DNA of 64,000 nucleotides, taken from NCBI GenBank assembly GCA_937863565.1, contig CALMGJ010000037.1:1-64000 (forward strand), read 5' to 3'. Position numbers and translations under genes: made by a program. The notes beneath the pieces were generated by a model. The model did not search any database. It saw only the letters and a program-made list of their open reading frames with translations, and was not told where the DNA came from. The stretch comes from an uncultured bacterium. Lineage in GTDB: Bacteria; AUK180. Below, one piece after another: positions 1 through 17,027 of this stretch. Positions within the stretch are counted from its first letter, which is position 1, and the number at the start of each line of letters is the position of its first letter.

Positions 1-47
1 GCGGCAGGACCGTCGGCGCCGGCGTCGTGGCTAAGATCATAGAATAA
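1..47 (+). CDS. tuf: Elongation factor Tu, C-terminal end (partial)
   Basis: Frame from nt 3 reads [14 protein letters not shown], the EF-Tu C-terminus; lies upstream of rpmG-secE-nusG. Confidence 0.93.
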   Translation, partial: GRTVGAGVVAKIIE

Positions 48-60
48 TGCAGGTGATAAA

Positions 61-210
61 ATGCAAAATTATGTAACCTTACAGTGTCCTGACTGCAAAG
101 AAAAGAACTACACCGTAATCAGGAATAAAAAGAACAACAAGGAAAAGCTGAACATTAAAAAATACTGCCCGCGCTGTAAGAAACATACCGTGCATAAGGA
201 GATAAAATAA
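61..210 (+). CDS. rpmG: 50S ribosomal protein L33, Zn-ribbon (CxxC...CxxC) type, 49 aa
   Basis: Manual translation [56 protein letters not shown] upstream; too short for the ORF track. Confidence 0.96.
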   Translation: MQNYVTLQCPDCKEKNYTVIRNKKNNKEKLNIKKYCPRCKKHTVHKEIK

Positions 211-286
211 AGGGGTGTAGCTCAATTGGCAGAGCAGTGGTCTCCAAAACCGCAGGTTGGGGGTTCAATTCCCTCCGCCCCTGCCA
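211..286 (+). tRNA. tRNA-Trp (anticodon CCA)
   Basis: 76 nt; AGGGGTG/CGCCCCT acceptor stem, TAGCTCAATTGG D arm, CTCCAAA anticodon loop, GGTTCAATTCC T arm, encoded 3' CCA. Confidence 0.97.
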
Positions 287-298
287 GAAGGAATGCGT

Positions 299-499
299 AT
301 GAGTATAATAGAAAAAACAAAGAATTTTTTTAGACTGCAGAGAGCTGAGATACTCAGGATCAGCTGGCCTACGAGAAAAGAGCTCGTATCCCATTCGGTC
401 CTGATCTTAACGGTCAGCCTGGCCCTTGCCATACTGTTCGCGGTATTCGATATTGGGTTTGACCAATTGATCAAATTCCTGCTGACAAAGGTACTGTGA
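299..499 (+). CDS. secE: Preprotein translocase subunit SecE
   Basis: RISWPTRKEL motif plus one TM helix; GAAGGA SD at 287-292 favours ATG 299 (track start 257 lies inside the tRNA). Confidence 0.92.
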   Translation: MSIIEKTKNFFRLQRAEILRISWPTRKELVSHSVLILTVSLALAILFAVFDIGFDQLIKFLLTKVL

Positions 500-1158
500 T
501 GGGAAAGAAAGACAGCTTGAAGAAAGAGAATGTAGAATTCCTGGATGCCGAGCAGCAGACTGAACTCGAACAGATGCGGGAGGAATTCCTCAAAGAAGAT
601 GAAGGCTTCTCATGGTATTTTCTTAATGTGCTCTCCACTCAGGAGGGCTCAATAAAGGAGCGCATCGATAAATATATCACCGAAAGCGGCCTGGAAGAGG
701 ATATAGTGAAGGTCCTTATGCCCGAGATAAGCGTAAGTGTAATGAACAAAGGTATCAAGGAGGAAAGGAAGAAAAAACTCTATCCCGGATATCTTCTCAT
801 CAAGATGCGAACGATCAATTCAGCCGATGAGGCCGATCGCAATCTTGGCCTTTGGAACAGGATCCGCAATATCAACGGCGTTATCGATTTTGTGGGTACT
901 AAAAGCAACCATGCTCCGATACCCGTCTCTGCCGGAGAGCTTGTTAAAGCTTTCAAGGCGAAAGAGGGCGGCGCTTCGGCGGCAAAATTCGAGTTCAAGA
1001 TCGGGGATAAGATCAAGATCGTTGACGGCCCGTTCACCGATTTCATCGGGGAGGTCAGCGAAGTGGACGAAGATAAACTTCAGCTCAAAGTGATCATCGC
1101 GGTTTTCGGAAGACAAACCCCCGTTATGATCTCCTTTGAAGAAGTTGAGAAAATATAG
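496..1158 (+). CDS. nusG: Transcription termination/antitermination factor NusG
   Basis: WY...KKLYPGYLLI NGN domain; KOW domain GDKIKIVDGPFTDFIGEV, VFGRQTPV. Confidence 0.96.
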   Translation: MMGKKDSLKKENVEFLDAEQQTELEQMREEFLKEDEGFSWYFLNVLSTQEGSIKERIDKYITESGLEEDIVKVLMPEISVSVMNKGIKEERKKKLYPGYLLIKMRTINSADEADRNLGLWNRIRNINGVIDFVGTKSNHAPIPVSAGELVKAFKAKEGGASAAKFEFKIGDKIKIVDGPFTDFIGEVSEVDEDKLQLKVIIAVFGRQTPVMISFEEVEKI

Positions 1159-1167
1159 GAGTCATTT

Positions 1168-1599
1168 ATGGCAACGAAAGAGGTAGTAGCTATTGTTAAA
1201 CTGCACATCGCGGCCGGAAAAGCTACGCCGGCACCCCCTATAGGCCCATGCTTGAGCCCTCACGGGGTACCTCTACCGCAGTTCTGCAATGCTTTCAATG
1301 AAAGGACGAAAGATCAGGCAGGCATGGTCCTTCCCACCGTCATCACGGTCTATAAGGACAAAACGTTCGAATTCGTGCTTAAAAGCCCGCCCGCATCGCT
1401 TCTTATCAAGAAAGCCGCAGGTATCGTAAAAGCGTCGGGAGAACCCAACAAGGTTAAGATCGCCAAGGTGAAGCTGAGCGACATCCGCAAGATCGCCGAA
1501 ACGAAGAAAGAGGACCTCAATGCGAACGATGTCGAAGCTGCGATGAAGATCATCATGGGCACCGCAAGAAGCATGGGTGTCGAAGTGGTCGAAGGTTAG
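1168..1599 (+). CDS. rplK: 50S ribosomal protein L11
   Basis: [35 protein letters not shown]. Confidence 0.98.
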   Translation: MATKEVVAIVKLHIAAGKATPAPPIGPCLSPHGVPLPQFCNAFNERTKDQAGMVLPTVITVYKDKTFEFVLKSPPASLLIKKAAGIVKASGEPNKVKIAKVKLSDIRKIAETKKEDLNANDVEAAMKIIMGTARSMGVEVVEG

Positions 1600-1608
1600 G
1601 AGAGCATC

Positions 1609-2307
1609 ATGGCTAAGATCAGCAAGAAAAGAAAGGCGTTCTTTGAAAATGTGGACACCAGCAAGACCTTCACTCTTGAAGAAGCGATCGAAATACTGAA
1701 GAAGTACAAGTACACGAAATTCGACGAATCGATCGAATATCACGTGAACCTCGGTGTAGATCCCAAGTTCGCCGACCAGATGGTCAGGGGCACGACAAGC
1801 CTTCCATTCGGACTCGGGAAGATCGTGAAAGTGCTTGTTTTCGCCCAGGGAGAGAAGGCCAAGGAAGCAACGGACAGCGGAGCCGATTTTTGCGGCGCAG
1901 AAGAATTAATCGAGAAAATACAGAAAGAGAACTTTCTCGATTTTCACGTGGCCCTCGCTACGCCGGACATGATGAAAAATGTCAGCAAGGTCGCCAAGAT
2001 ACTCGGTCCGAGAGGCATGATGCCGAATCCGAAAGTGGGCACGGTTACTAATGACATCGGAAAGGCGGTGAAGGAATTCAAGGCCGGAAAGGTCGAATTC
2101 AAAGTTGATAAATTCGGAAGCATCCACGTATCCATCGGCAAGATCTCTTTCGATGCGGCCAATATCAAGGAGAATTTCCTTACTCTGCACCGCGAGATCG
2201 TGAAGGCTAAACCCAAGAGCCTCAAGGGAGTTTATCTGAAGAGCCTTTACATCTCTTCAACGATGGGTCCCGGTCTCCGCATAGACGCGAACGCTCTTAA
2301 TGTGTAA
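1609..2307 (+). CDS. rplA: 50S ribosomal protein L1
   Basis: [35 protein letters not shown]. Confidence 0.98.
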   Translation: MAKISKKRKAFFENVDTSKTFTLEEAIEILKKYKYTKFDESIEYHVNLGVDPKFADQMVRGTTSLPFGLGKIVKVLVFAQGEKAKEATDSGADFCGAEELIEKIQKENFLDFHVALATPDMMKNVSKVAKILGPRGMMPNPKVGTVTNDIGKAVKEFKAGKVEFKVDKFGSIHVSIGKISFDAANIKENFLTLHREIVKAKPKSLKGVYLKSLYISSTMGPGLRIDANALNV

Positions 2308-2317
2308 GGAGAGATGT

Positions 2318-2833
2318 ATGGTTAAAGAGATCAAAAAGACCACGGTAAGCGAGATAGAGGAACTGCTTGTCAGCAAGGAAAATCTCTTCTTCGTGGATTT
2401 TTCAGGATTGGACGCTAATGCTCTGGTCAAGTTCAGGAAGAACATCAGAAGCCGCGGCGGCGTTTACAAGGTTTTCAAGAACAGATTGTTCAAGATCGCC
2501 GCACGCAACAGGTCATACCCTGAAGAGATCACGGATTTCACGACGGATATCACGGGATACGTTTTCTCGCCGGAGGATCCCACGGGGATCGCTAAATTCC
2601 TTGAAAGCTGGAGCAAAGAGAATAAAACATTCCAGATCAAGGGCGGCGTTTATCAGAACAAAGTCCTGAAAAAAGAGGATGTTATCTCTCTTGCGAACAT
2701 CCCGTCGAAGGAAGAACTTGTGGCGAAGCTCCTGTTCGTGCTCAACTCGCCTGTAATAAGATTTGTTAACGTATTAAAAGCAAACCAGAGAGATCTGGTA
2801 CTCGTACTGAAAGGCATTAACGATAAAAAGTAA
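2318..2833 (+). CDS. rplJ: 50S ribosomal protein L10
   Basis: VDFSGL, YKVFKNRL, LANIPSKEEL; AAGGAG SD before ATG 2318. Confidence 0.95.
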   Translation: MVKEIKKTTVSEIEELLVSKENLFFVDFSGLDANALVKFRKNIRSRGGVYKVFKNRLFKIAARNRSYPEEITDFTTDITGYVFSPEDPTGIAKFLESWSKENKTFQIKGGVYQNKVLKKEDVISLANIPSKEELVAKLLFVLNSPVIRFVNVLKANQRDLVLVLKGINDKK

Positions 2834-2848
2834 ATGGAGGATTTCGAT

Positions 2849-3235
2849 ATGGCATCTTTAAACAAAGATCAGATCATTGAAGCTATCGAGGGCATGACCG
2901 TCCTCGAATTGAACGAACTTGTAAAAGCGCTCGAAGACAAATTCGGCGTAACAGCCATGGCCAGTTTTGCGGCGGCGGCACCTGCCGCGGCATCGGCAGC
3001 AGCCCCGGCGGCAGAAGCCGAGAAGACCGAATTCAATGTTATCCTGAAAGATCCCGGCGAGAAGAAGATCCCCGTGATCAAAATAGTAAAAGACATCACC
3101 GGTCTGGACCTCAAGCAGGCGAAGGAACTGGTAGACGGCGCCCCCAAACCCATTAAGGAGAAAGTTTCGAAAGAAGTTGCCAATGACATTAAAGCAAAGC
3201 TCGAAGAAGCAGGTGCTTTAGTGGATATCAACTAA
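2849..3235 (+). CDS. rplL: 50S ribosomal protein L7/L12
   Basis: [19 protein letters not shown], Ala-rich hinge, EKTEFNV, KLEEAGA; GGAGG SD before ATG 2849. Confidence 0.98.
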   Translation: MASLNKDQIIEAIEGMTVLELNELVKALEDKFGVTAMASFAAAAPAAASAAAPAAEAEKTEFNVILKDPGEKKIPVIKIVKDITGLDLKQAKELVDGAPKPIKEKVSKEVANDIKAKLEEAGALVDIN

Positions 3236-3286
3236 TTGCGAGCAAAGTATTCTTTGCGGACAAAGCACTCTAGAACTGCAAAAAAA

Positions 3287-3326
3287 GACCTGCCGCTGGG
3301 TTAAGCGGCAGGTTATTTTCTTTTTT
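3287..3326 (+). terminator. Intrinsic terminator/attenuator between rplL and rpoBC
   Basis: GACCTGCCGCT-gggtta-AGCGGCAGGTT stem, U-rich tail, A7 run upstream. Confidence 0.8.
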
Positions 3327-3378
3327 AGTGGAAAAAATAACGTTTTCTGCTTTATCATTCAATAAAGGGGAGAAATAG

Positions 3379-11763
<8,385 letters not shown>

Positions 11764-11794
11764 GCCATTTTTTGACCTTTCAAATTTTCTTATA

Positions 11795-11828
11795 TGGCGG
11801 CGCCCCCAGAGGGGGCGCCGCTACTTTT
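11795..11828 (+). terminator. Intrinsic terminator after rpoBC
   Basis: TGGCGGCGCCCCC-aga-GGGGGCGCCGCTA hairpin followed by CTTTT. Confidence 0.85.
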
Positions 11829-11837
11829 CATATTACA

Positions 11838-11866
11838 TTGATTTTTGCGGGGAATTTTTATATAAT
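11838..11866 (+). promoter_or_regulatory. Sigma70-type promoter, leaderless geometry
   Basis: TTGATT-17-TATAAT, 5 nt before ATG 11872, no SD. Confidence 0.7.
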
Positions 11867-11871
11867 AATCC

Positions 11872-12591
11872 ATGAAAAACGAAAGATTGACCATTGTTAT
11901 TCCCGTCTACAATGAAGAGAAATACATTGCTCTCATCGTTGAAAGAGTACTCGCCGCCGATACGAAAGGATTGGAGAAGGAGATCATCATTATAGACGAC
12001 GGATCAAAGGACCGCTCTCCGGAGATCATAAAAGAACTCGCATCGAAACACGGGAACATTAGATACAAATTAAATACTGTAAATCACGGGAAGGGAGCAT
12101 CGCTTCAGAACGGGTTTGAGATGGCCAGCGGGGATATCATCCTCATTCAGGATGCCGATCTCGAATATTCCCCCGAGGAATATCCGGAACTGCTTGCTCC
12201 CATTCTTGACGGGAAGGCAGATGTGGTTTACGGTTCACGCCTTCTTGCCAAAGTGCACAGGGTGCTGTATTACCGGCATTATATCGGGAATAAACTCATC
12301 ACGATGCTTTCCAATTTTTTCACCAATATCAATCTTACCGATATGGAGACCTGCTACAAGGTGTTCAAAAGGAAGATCATAGAAAAACACCGTTTCACGT
12401 CCGAAAGATTCGGGTTCGAAGTGGAATTCACCGCCGTTGTCGCCCATCTCGGACAAAGGATCTACGAAGTCCCTATCACTTACAATGGAAGGACCTACGA
12501 GGAAGGGAAAAAGATAGGGTTCAGGGATGCGGTCGAGGCATGTTTTCTCATACTCTGGACCAATCTCTTCATGAAGATATACAATAAATAA
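11872..12591 (+). CDS. GT2 polyprenol-phosphate glycosyltransferase (DPM1-like)
   Basis: IPVYNE, DDGSKD, GKG, QDADLEY, TDMETCYK, FGFEVE. Confidence 0.9.
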   Translation: MKNERLTIVIPVYNEEKYIALIVERVLAADTKGLEKEIIIIDDGSKDRSPEIIKELASKHGNIRYKLNTVNHGKGASLQNGFEMASGDIILIQDADLEYSPEEYPELLAPILDGKADVVYGSRLLAKVHRVLYYRHYIGNKLITMLSNFFTNINLTDMETCYKVFKRKIIEKHRFTSERFGFEVEFTAVVAHLGQRIYEVPITYNGRTYEEGKKIGFRDAVEACFLILWTNLFMKIYNK

Positions 12592-12607
12592 ATATCCGGA
12601 GGGGAAT

Positions 12608-13801
12608 ATGTTCAAAAGGATCGCGATGATAACCGCGATATTCATCTTTTCCACGATAGCCTGGATGATACTCGGCGGGATAACTGTGGCACGGAGCGAG
12701 AAATACTTCAGCAGCCTTAAAATGAGCGTTCACGATCTTTGGGGCAGCCCTTTAAACCAAAAGGAACCGAAGATCTTCTTCAATGAAACAACCGTAAGAA
12801 AAGATAAGAACAGGAAAGAATACATAGATACGGTAAGGCGCGAGATCCCGATTCTCAAAAGCAGGATAAATGCGGATATCAGGTATACTCCGCGAAAAAA
12901 GGGGCTTTTATGGTACAATCTATACGAGATCGCCTTTGCTGCCGAATATGCATTCGTTCATGACGGCATGGGCACGGAAAAGGTCCGGATAGAATTCGAA
13001 TTCCCCAACCCCAAAGCGGTATACGATAATTTCCATTTCATCATAGACGGGAAAGAAACTGAAATAAAGAATTTTTCGAAGACGATAACCGCTGCGCTGG
13101 ACATGAACCCCGGACAACGGACAGTACTTTTAGTGAAATACGATTCGCGCGGATCCGAAGAATGGGTGTACGATTTCTCGAAAGAGAACATAGGTCATAT
13201 TAGTGATCTTGTGCTGACCGTAAGAACGGATTTCGACGGATACGATTTTCCGGCCAATACGCTTTCTCCTTCCGAAAAGAAGCCTGTTGCGCATGGCAAT
13301 GAACTGATATGGCGGTTCGACAGCCTTCTCACGGGATACAATATCGGCATCCGCGTACCTGAAAAACTGAATCCCGGCGAGTGGGTGGCAAAGGTGACTT
13401 TTTTTGCTCCCGTATCTCTTCTTTTTTTCTTTCTTATGCTTTTTGTAATATCCGTTCTCAGAAATATCAACCTCCACCCGATGCATTATTTCTTCCTTGC
13501 CGCCTCCTTCTTCGCCTTTCATCTTCTTATGGCCTATCTTGCCGATCATATTCCGCTCTACCTCACATTCGGCATCTCTTCGATCGTATCGATCACGCTT
13601 GTGGTGAGTTATCTGAGACTTGTCGTAAGCCCGAGATTCGCCTTTCTGGAGGCGGGACTTTCGCAATTCCTTTATCTTATAGTATTCACATACGCGCATT
13701 TTTTCAAAGGGTTCACGGGATTGATAATCACTATCATGTCGATTATCACGCTTTTCGTGATAATGCAGAGAACCGCCAAAGTGGACTGGGAGAACAAATG
13801 A
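12608..13801 (+). CDS. CreD-like inner membrane protein
   Basis: N-terminal TM, periplasmic domain, C-terminal multi-TM with LHPMHY...FHLLMAYLADH resembling CreD. Confidence 0.6.
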   Translation: MFKRIAMITAIFIFSTIAWMILGGITVARSEKYFSSLKMSVHDLWGSPLNQKEPKIFFNETTVRKDKNRKEYIDTVRREIPILKSRINADIRYTPRKKGLLWYNLYEIAFAAEYAFVHDGMGTEKVRIEFEFPNPKAVYDNFHFIIDGKETEIKNFSKTITAALDMNPGQRTVLLVKYDSRGSEEWVYDFSKENIGHISDLVLTVRTDFDGYDFPANTLSPSEKKPVAHGNELIWRFDSLLTGYNIGIRVPEKLNPGEWVAKVTFFAPVSLLFFFLMLFVISVLRNINLHPMHYFFLAASFFAFHLLMAYLADHIPLYLTFGISSIVSITLVVSYLRLVVSPRFAFLEAGLSQFLYLIVFTYAHFFKGFTGLIITIMSIITLFVIMQRTAKVDWENK

Positions 13802-13828
13802 TTATTACCGGACGCATCATCGTGTGAT

Positions 13829-15385
13829 ATGAAAAAAATAGTATCAATATTAGTTCTGATTTCTATCATTGGGACAGTAATCTTTTCTTCCGTAATTTCC
13901 CGCTGGAATATTGGGATTTATCCCGACTCAGTGACATATCTTTCCACTGCGGAAAACATTCAAGCCGGTAAAGGGGTTTATTTTGTTAAATATGAAAAAG
14001 ACGGTATGCTTCTACCCTTAGTAACATACCCTCCCCTCTATCCTATAACGCTTTCCGCTATGCCATGCAAAAGTATTTTATCAGCTGCATTGTGCCTAAA
14101 CGCCGGTTTATTCGCAGTTAATATCTTTCTTATAGGTTTTTTTATTTTTATGGTTACTAAAAGTGTCGCTGCTTCTTCATTCGGGGCGATCCTGGTGCAA
14201 TTATACTCGGGTTTTATTGAGATCCATGCGGTTGCTCTTTCCGAACCGTTGTATCTTGCTCTCTCTTCAGGCGCAGTTATCTTCCTGCTTGCATACCTTA
14301 ACGGAATGAAAAGAACAATGTTACTGGTATCTTCGCTTTTAGTGGCACTTGCGTCACTTACGAGATATTCGGTAGGAGGATTATTGCTTATATTCGCGAT
14401 TTTGCTTATTATAAACAAAAACAGAATTCTTAAAGAAAAATTGCTGGATATTGTTGTATTTTCAGCTCTTTCTCTTACGCCTTTCTTATTCTGGATGGCA
14501 AGGAATTATTTGCATGCGGGTTCTTTAACCAACAGGGTAATGGTGTATCATCCTCCGAGCCTTTCTAATCTGAGAACTCTTCTTGATACAATTACGGGAT
14601 GGCTTTATCCTTTCTCCGTGAATTCAAATCCAATAAAAGTTATTATAGTGCTTATTTCAACCGCATTATTTGTAATTGCTATAATACTCACTTTGAGAAT
14701 CGCCCGTAACAGCAAAGCTGCCGCCCCGGGTTATAGTGTATGTGTCGTTTCCCTGGCAGGTTTGACGCTTTTCTTGATGTTCAGTGTTTTTTTTATTGAC
14801 GATCTTATCGCTCTTGATTATCGTGCGCTGATCTATCATTTTATATTCATTCTCGTTCTTTCGATCTCCGCCTTCAGATATCTCCATACCGTATTCCCCG
14901 GAAAAGTTTATCGCAGTCTATTCATCATTGCATCCGTATACATCTCATTGAATTATATATGCCAGGGCATAATTGAATACAGGGATCTTTACAACGACGG
15001 TAGAGGCTATACAGGTAAAATATGGGCTTCTTCCCGGACTTTGGACTATCTTAGAAATATTCCCGCTGATTTTACTGTATATACGAATCACACACCGCCT
15101 GTTTTCTTCAGATACCGCCGAAATGCGAATTACATTCCTAAATTGATACACGGAATAAGCGGGAAACAGAATGAGAAATATGAAGAAACACTGGAAAAGA
15201 TGAACGCGGACTTTGTCGCCGGCAAGGCCGTCCTTATCTGGTTTAACGAAATAGAACTTTACGGAACTCTGTCGCTCGAACAGATCATCGAGAAGACCGG
15301 TCTCGAATACTCCATTTATTTTCAGGACGGTTCCATATACGGAAAAAGGGGATTCGGATTATTAGCGCCTAACAGACCGGAATAA
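13829..15385 (+). CDS. Polytopic membrane protein, putative GT-C (ArnT/PMT-like) glycosyltransferase
   Basis: PDSVTY in first loop, YPPLYP, LSEPLY, LTRY, about 11-12 TM helices. Confidence 0.65.
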   Translation: MKKIVSILVLISIIGTVIFSSVISRWNIGIYPDSVTYLSTAENIQAGKGVYFVKYEKDGMLLPLVTYPPLYPITLSAMPCKSILSAALCLNAGLFAVNIFLIGFFIFMVTKSVAASSFGAILVQLYSGFIEIHAVALSEPLYLALSSGAVIFLLAYLNGMKRTMLLVSSLLVALASLTRYSVGGLLLIFAILLIINKNRILKEKLLDIVVFSALSLTPFLFWMARNYLHAGSLTNRVMVYHPPSLSNLRTLLDTITGWLYPFSVNSNPIKVIIVLISTALFVIAIILTLRIARNSKAAAPGYSVCVVSLAGLTLFLMFSVFFIDDLIALDYRALIYHFIFILVLSISAFRYLHTVFPGKVYRSLFIIASVYISLNYICQGIIEYRDLYNDGRGYTGKIWASSRTLDYLRNIPADFTVYTNHTPPVFFRYRRNANYIPKLIHGISGKQNEKYEETLEKMNADFVAGKAVLIWFNEIELYGTLSLEQIIEKTGLEYSIYFQDGSIYGKRGFGLLAPNRPE

Positions 15386-15406
15386 TATTGATCGGGATAT
15401 CCGTTC

Positions 15407-16345
15407 TCAGCGGTAGAATCGTTCCGCCCACTCCCATTCGTTCTGAAGGCCTTCTCTGAGCGAATGCCTTGGATCGTAGCCGTATTTTTTAGCCTTCGAA
15501 ATATCGGCAATGGTCTTTTTCATATCACCTTTTTCCTCGCCGGTCCGTTTCAGTTCCGTTCTTTTACCGGAAACGGCGAAGATGATCTCCAGTACTTCAT
15601 TGACCGAAATATGGTTGCCGCCGCCGATATTAAGCGTATCGTTCCATTCGCCCTTTTTGAGAAGAAGTATTATAAAATCGGTAACATCGTCAACATATGT
15701 GAAGTCCCGTATCTGTTTTCCGTCGCCGTAAATATTTATCGGTTCACTTTTCAGAATGGCGTGGAAAAATTTGTGAAATGCCATATCAGGCCGCTGGGAC
15801 GGGCCGAAAACGGTGAAATACCTGAGATTTAGAAACTTCACTCCGAAATTAAGGTTATAGAGCTCGATCAGCTTCTCGCAGGACTCCTTAGTAAGCCCGT
15901 AAGGGGATATGGGCCTTAAGATATTGTCTTCTCTCATAGGGTACTTGTCGGTATCTCCGTATACGGAAGACGAGGAACTGAATATCAGAGGGATCTGAGG
16001 CCTGTTCTTGAGAATTTCGAGTATATATTGGGTCGCTTTGATATTATTTTCGACATAAACGTCGAAATTCTCGCCCCATGACCGGAAAACGCCCGGTTGA
16101 GCGGCAAAATGCAGAACGGCGTCCGTATCGGAAAATTCCTTTTTAAGCTCCTCTTCACGAAGGTCCTTTTCAAAAAAAGTGAAATTCGGGAATTTGAGAA
16201 GGGGTTCGAGGTTCGCCCTTTTCTGATCGATGTTATAGTAATCGGTGAGTTTATCTATGCCCGTACACTGTACGCCGTCTTTAAGCATCTTAAGGCATAG
16301 ATTCGACCCTATGAACCCGGCGGCGCCGGTGATTGTTATTCTCAT
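15407..16345 (-). CDS. NAD-dependent nucleotide-sugar epimerase (UDP-glucuronate 4-epimerase-like)
   Basis: TGAAGFIG, SSSSVYG, YGLTK, RYFTVFGP.QRPDMA. Confidence 0.9.
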   Translation of the reverse strand: MRITITGAAGFIGSNLCLKMLKDGVQCTGIDKLTDYYNIDQKRANLEPLLKFPNFTFFEKDLREEELKKEFSDTDAVLHFAAQPGVFRSWGENFDVYVENNIKATQYILEILKNRPQIPLIFSSSSSVYGDTDKYPMREDNILRPISPYGLTKESCEKLIELYNLNFGVKFLNLRYFTVFGPSQRPDMAFHKFFHAILKSEPINIYGDGKQIRDFTYVDDVTDFIILLLKKGEWNDTLNIGGGNHISVNEVLEIIFAVSGKRTELKRTGEEKGDMKKTIADISKAKKYGYDPRHSLREGLQNEWEWAERFYR

Positions 16346-16351
16346 ACGGTT

Positions 16352-16380
16352 ATTTTAAGGCATTTCAATGGAAATGTCAA
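16352..16380 (-). promoter_or_regulatory. Sigma70-type promoter, leaderless geometry
   Basis: TTGACA-17-TAAAAT on minus strand, 6 nt before ATG 16345. Confidence 0.8.
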
Positions 16381-16421
16381 CGGTTTTTTCTTTTCATTGA
16401 AAGGCCGGAAAAGGCGATATT

Positions 16422-17027
16422 TCATTTTTCTGCGGAAGCCCAGATATTCATAAAAAATTCGAAATTACGGGCTCGGAATGTGCCGGGTTCGAATCCCGCT
16501 TTTAAAAAAAGTTGCCCGAGGGTATTTATCGAATAATGGTATTTATGCTCATTGATCTCATCCGGGCTGACGAGGTTCGCTTTAGCTAAAAAGGAGAGGA
16601 GCCCCTTTGTCCATACGGCCGGAGTTGTCAGTATGAATTTTCCTCCCGGTTTCAGGACCCTGCGGATCTCTTTAAGTACAGCCATGCCCCTCTCGAAGGA
16701 TATATGTTCGATCACGGCTAACATTGTGACGATATTGAAAAAATCACTTTCGAAGGGGATCCTATCATCACCCATGAGATCGAAATTGAATACTGCCACA
16801 TAGTGCTCTTTCAGCCTGTTCTCATAGGCCCCGTCAGCAAGTCTGTCGATGCCGAACTTCTCTTCAAAGCGTGTTCTTATAAGGAAATAGGGATAAAATC
16901 CGCAGCCGATATCGAGTATCCGGCCATCTCTCGCGTTTTCGGGGATCAGGCTATCCGCGATGCGGGCCCTCTCCTTTGATAGGAAGATCTCGAAAAATCC
17001 GCTTCCCCTCGTAGGTTTATTTTCCAT
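16422..17027 (-). CDS. Class I SAM-dependent methyltransferase
   Basis: ILDIGCG, VIEH, RVLKPGG. Confidence 0.88.
   Translation of the reverse strand: MENKPTRGSGFFEIFLSKERARIADSLIPENARDGRILDIGCGFYPYFLIRTRFEEKFGIDRLADGAYENRLKEHYVAVFNFDLMGDDRIPFESDFFNIVTMLAVIEHISFERGMAVLKEIRRVLKPGGKFILTTPAVWTKGLLSFLAKANLVSPDEINEHKYHYSINTLGQLFLKAGFEPGTFRARNFEFFMNIWASAEK

Noticed and set aside
155-394. Track ORF 155-394(-) and the 257 start for secE
   Set aside because: They overlap rpmG and tRNA-Trp and are translations of tRNA sequence
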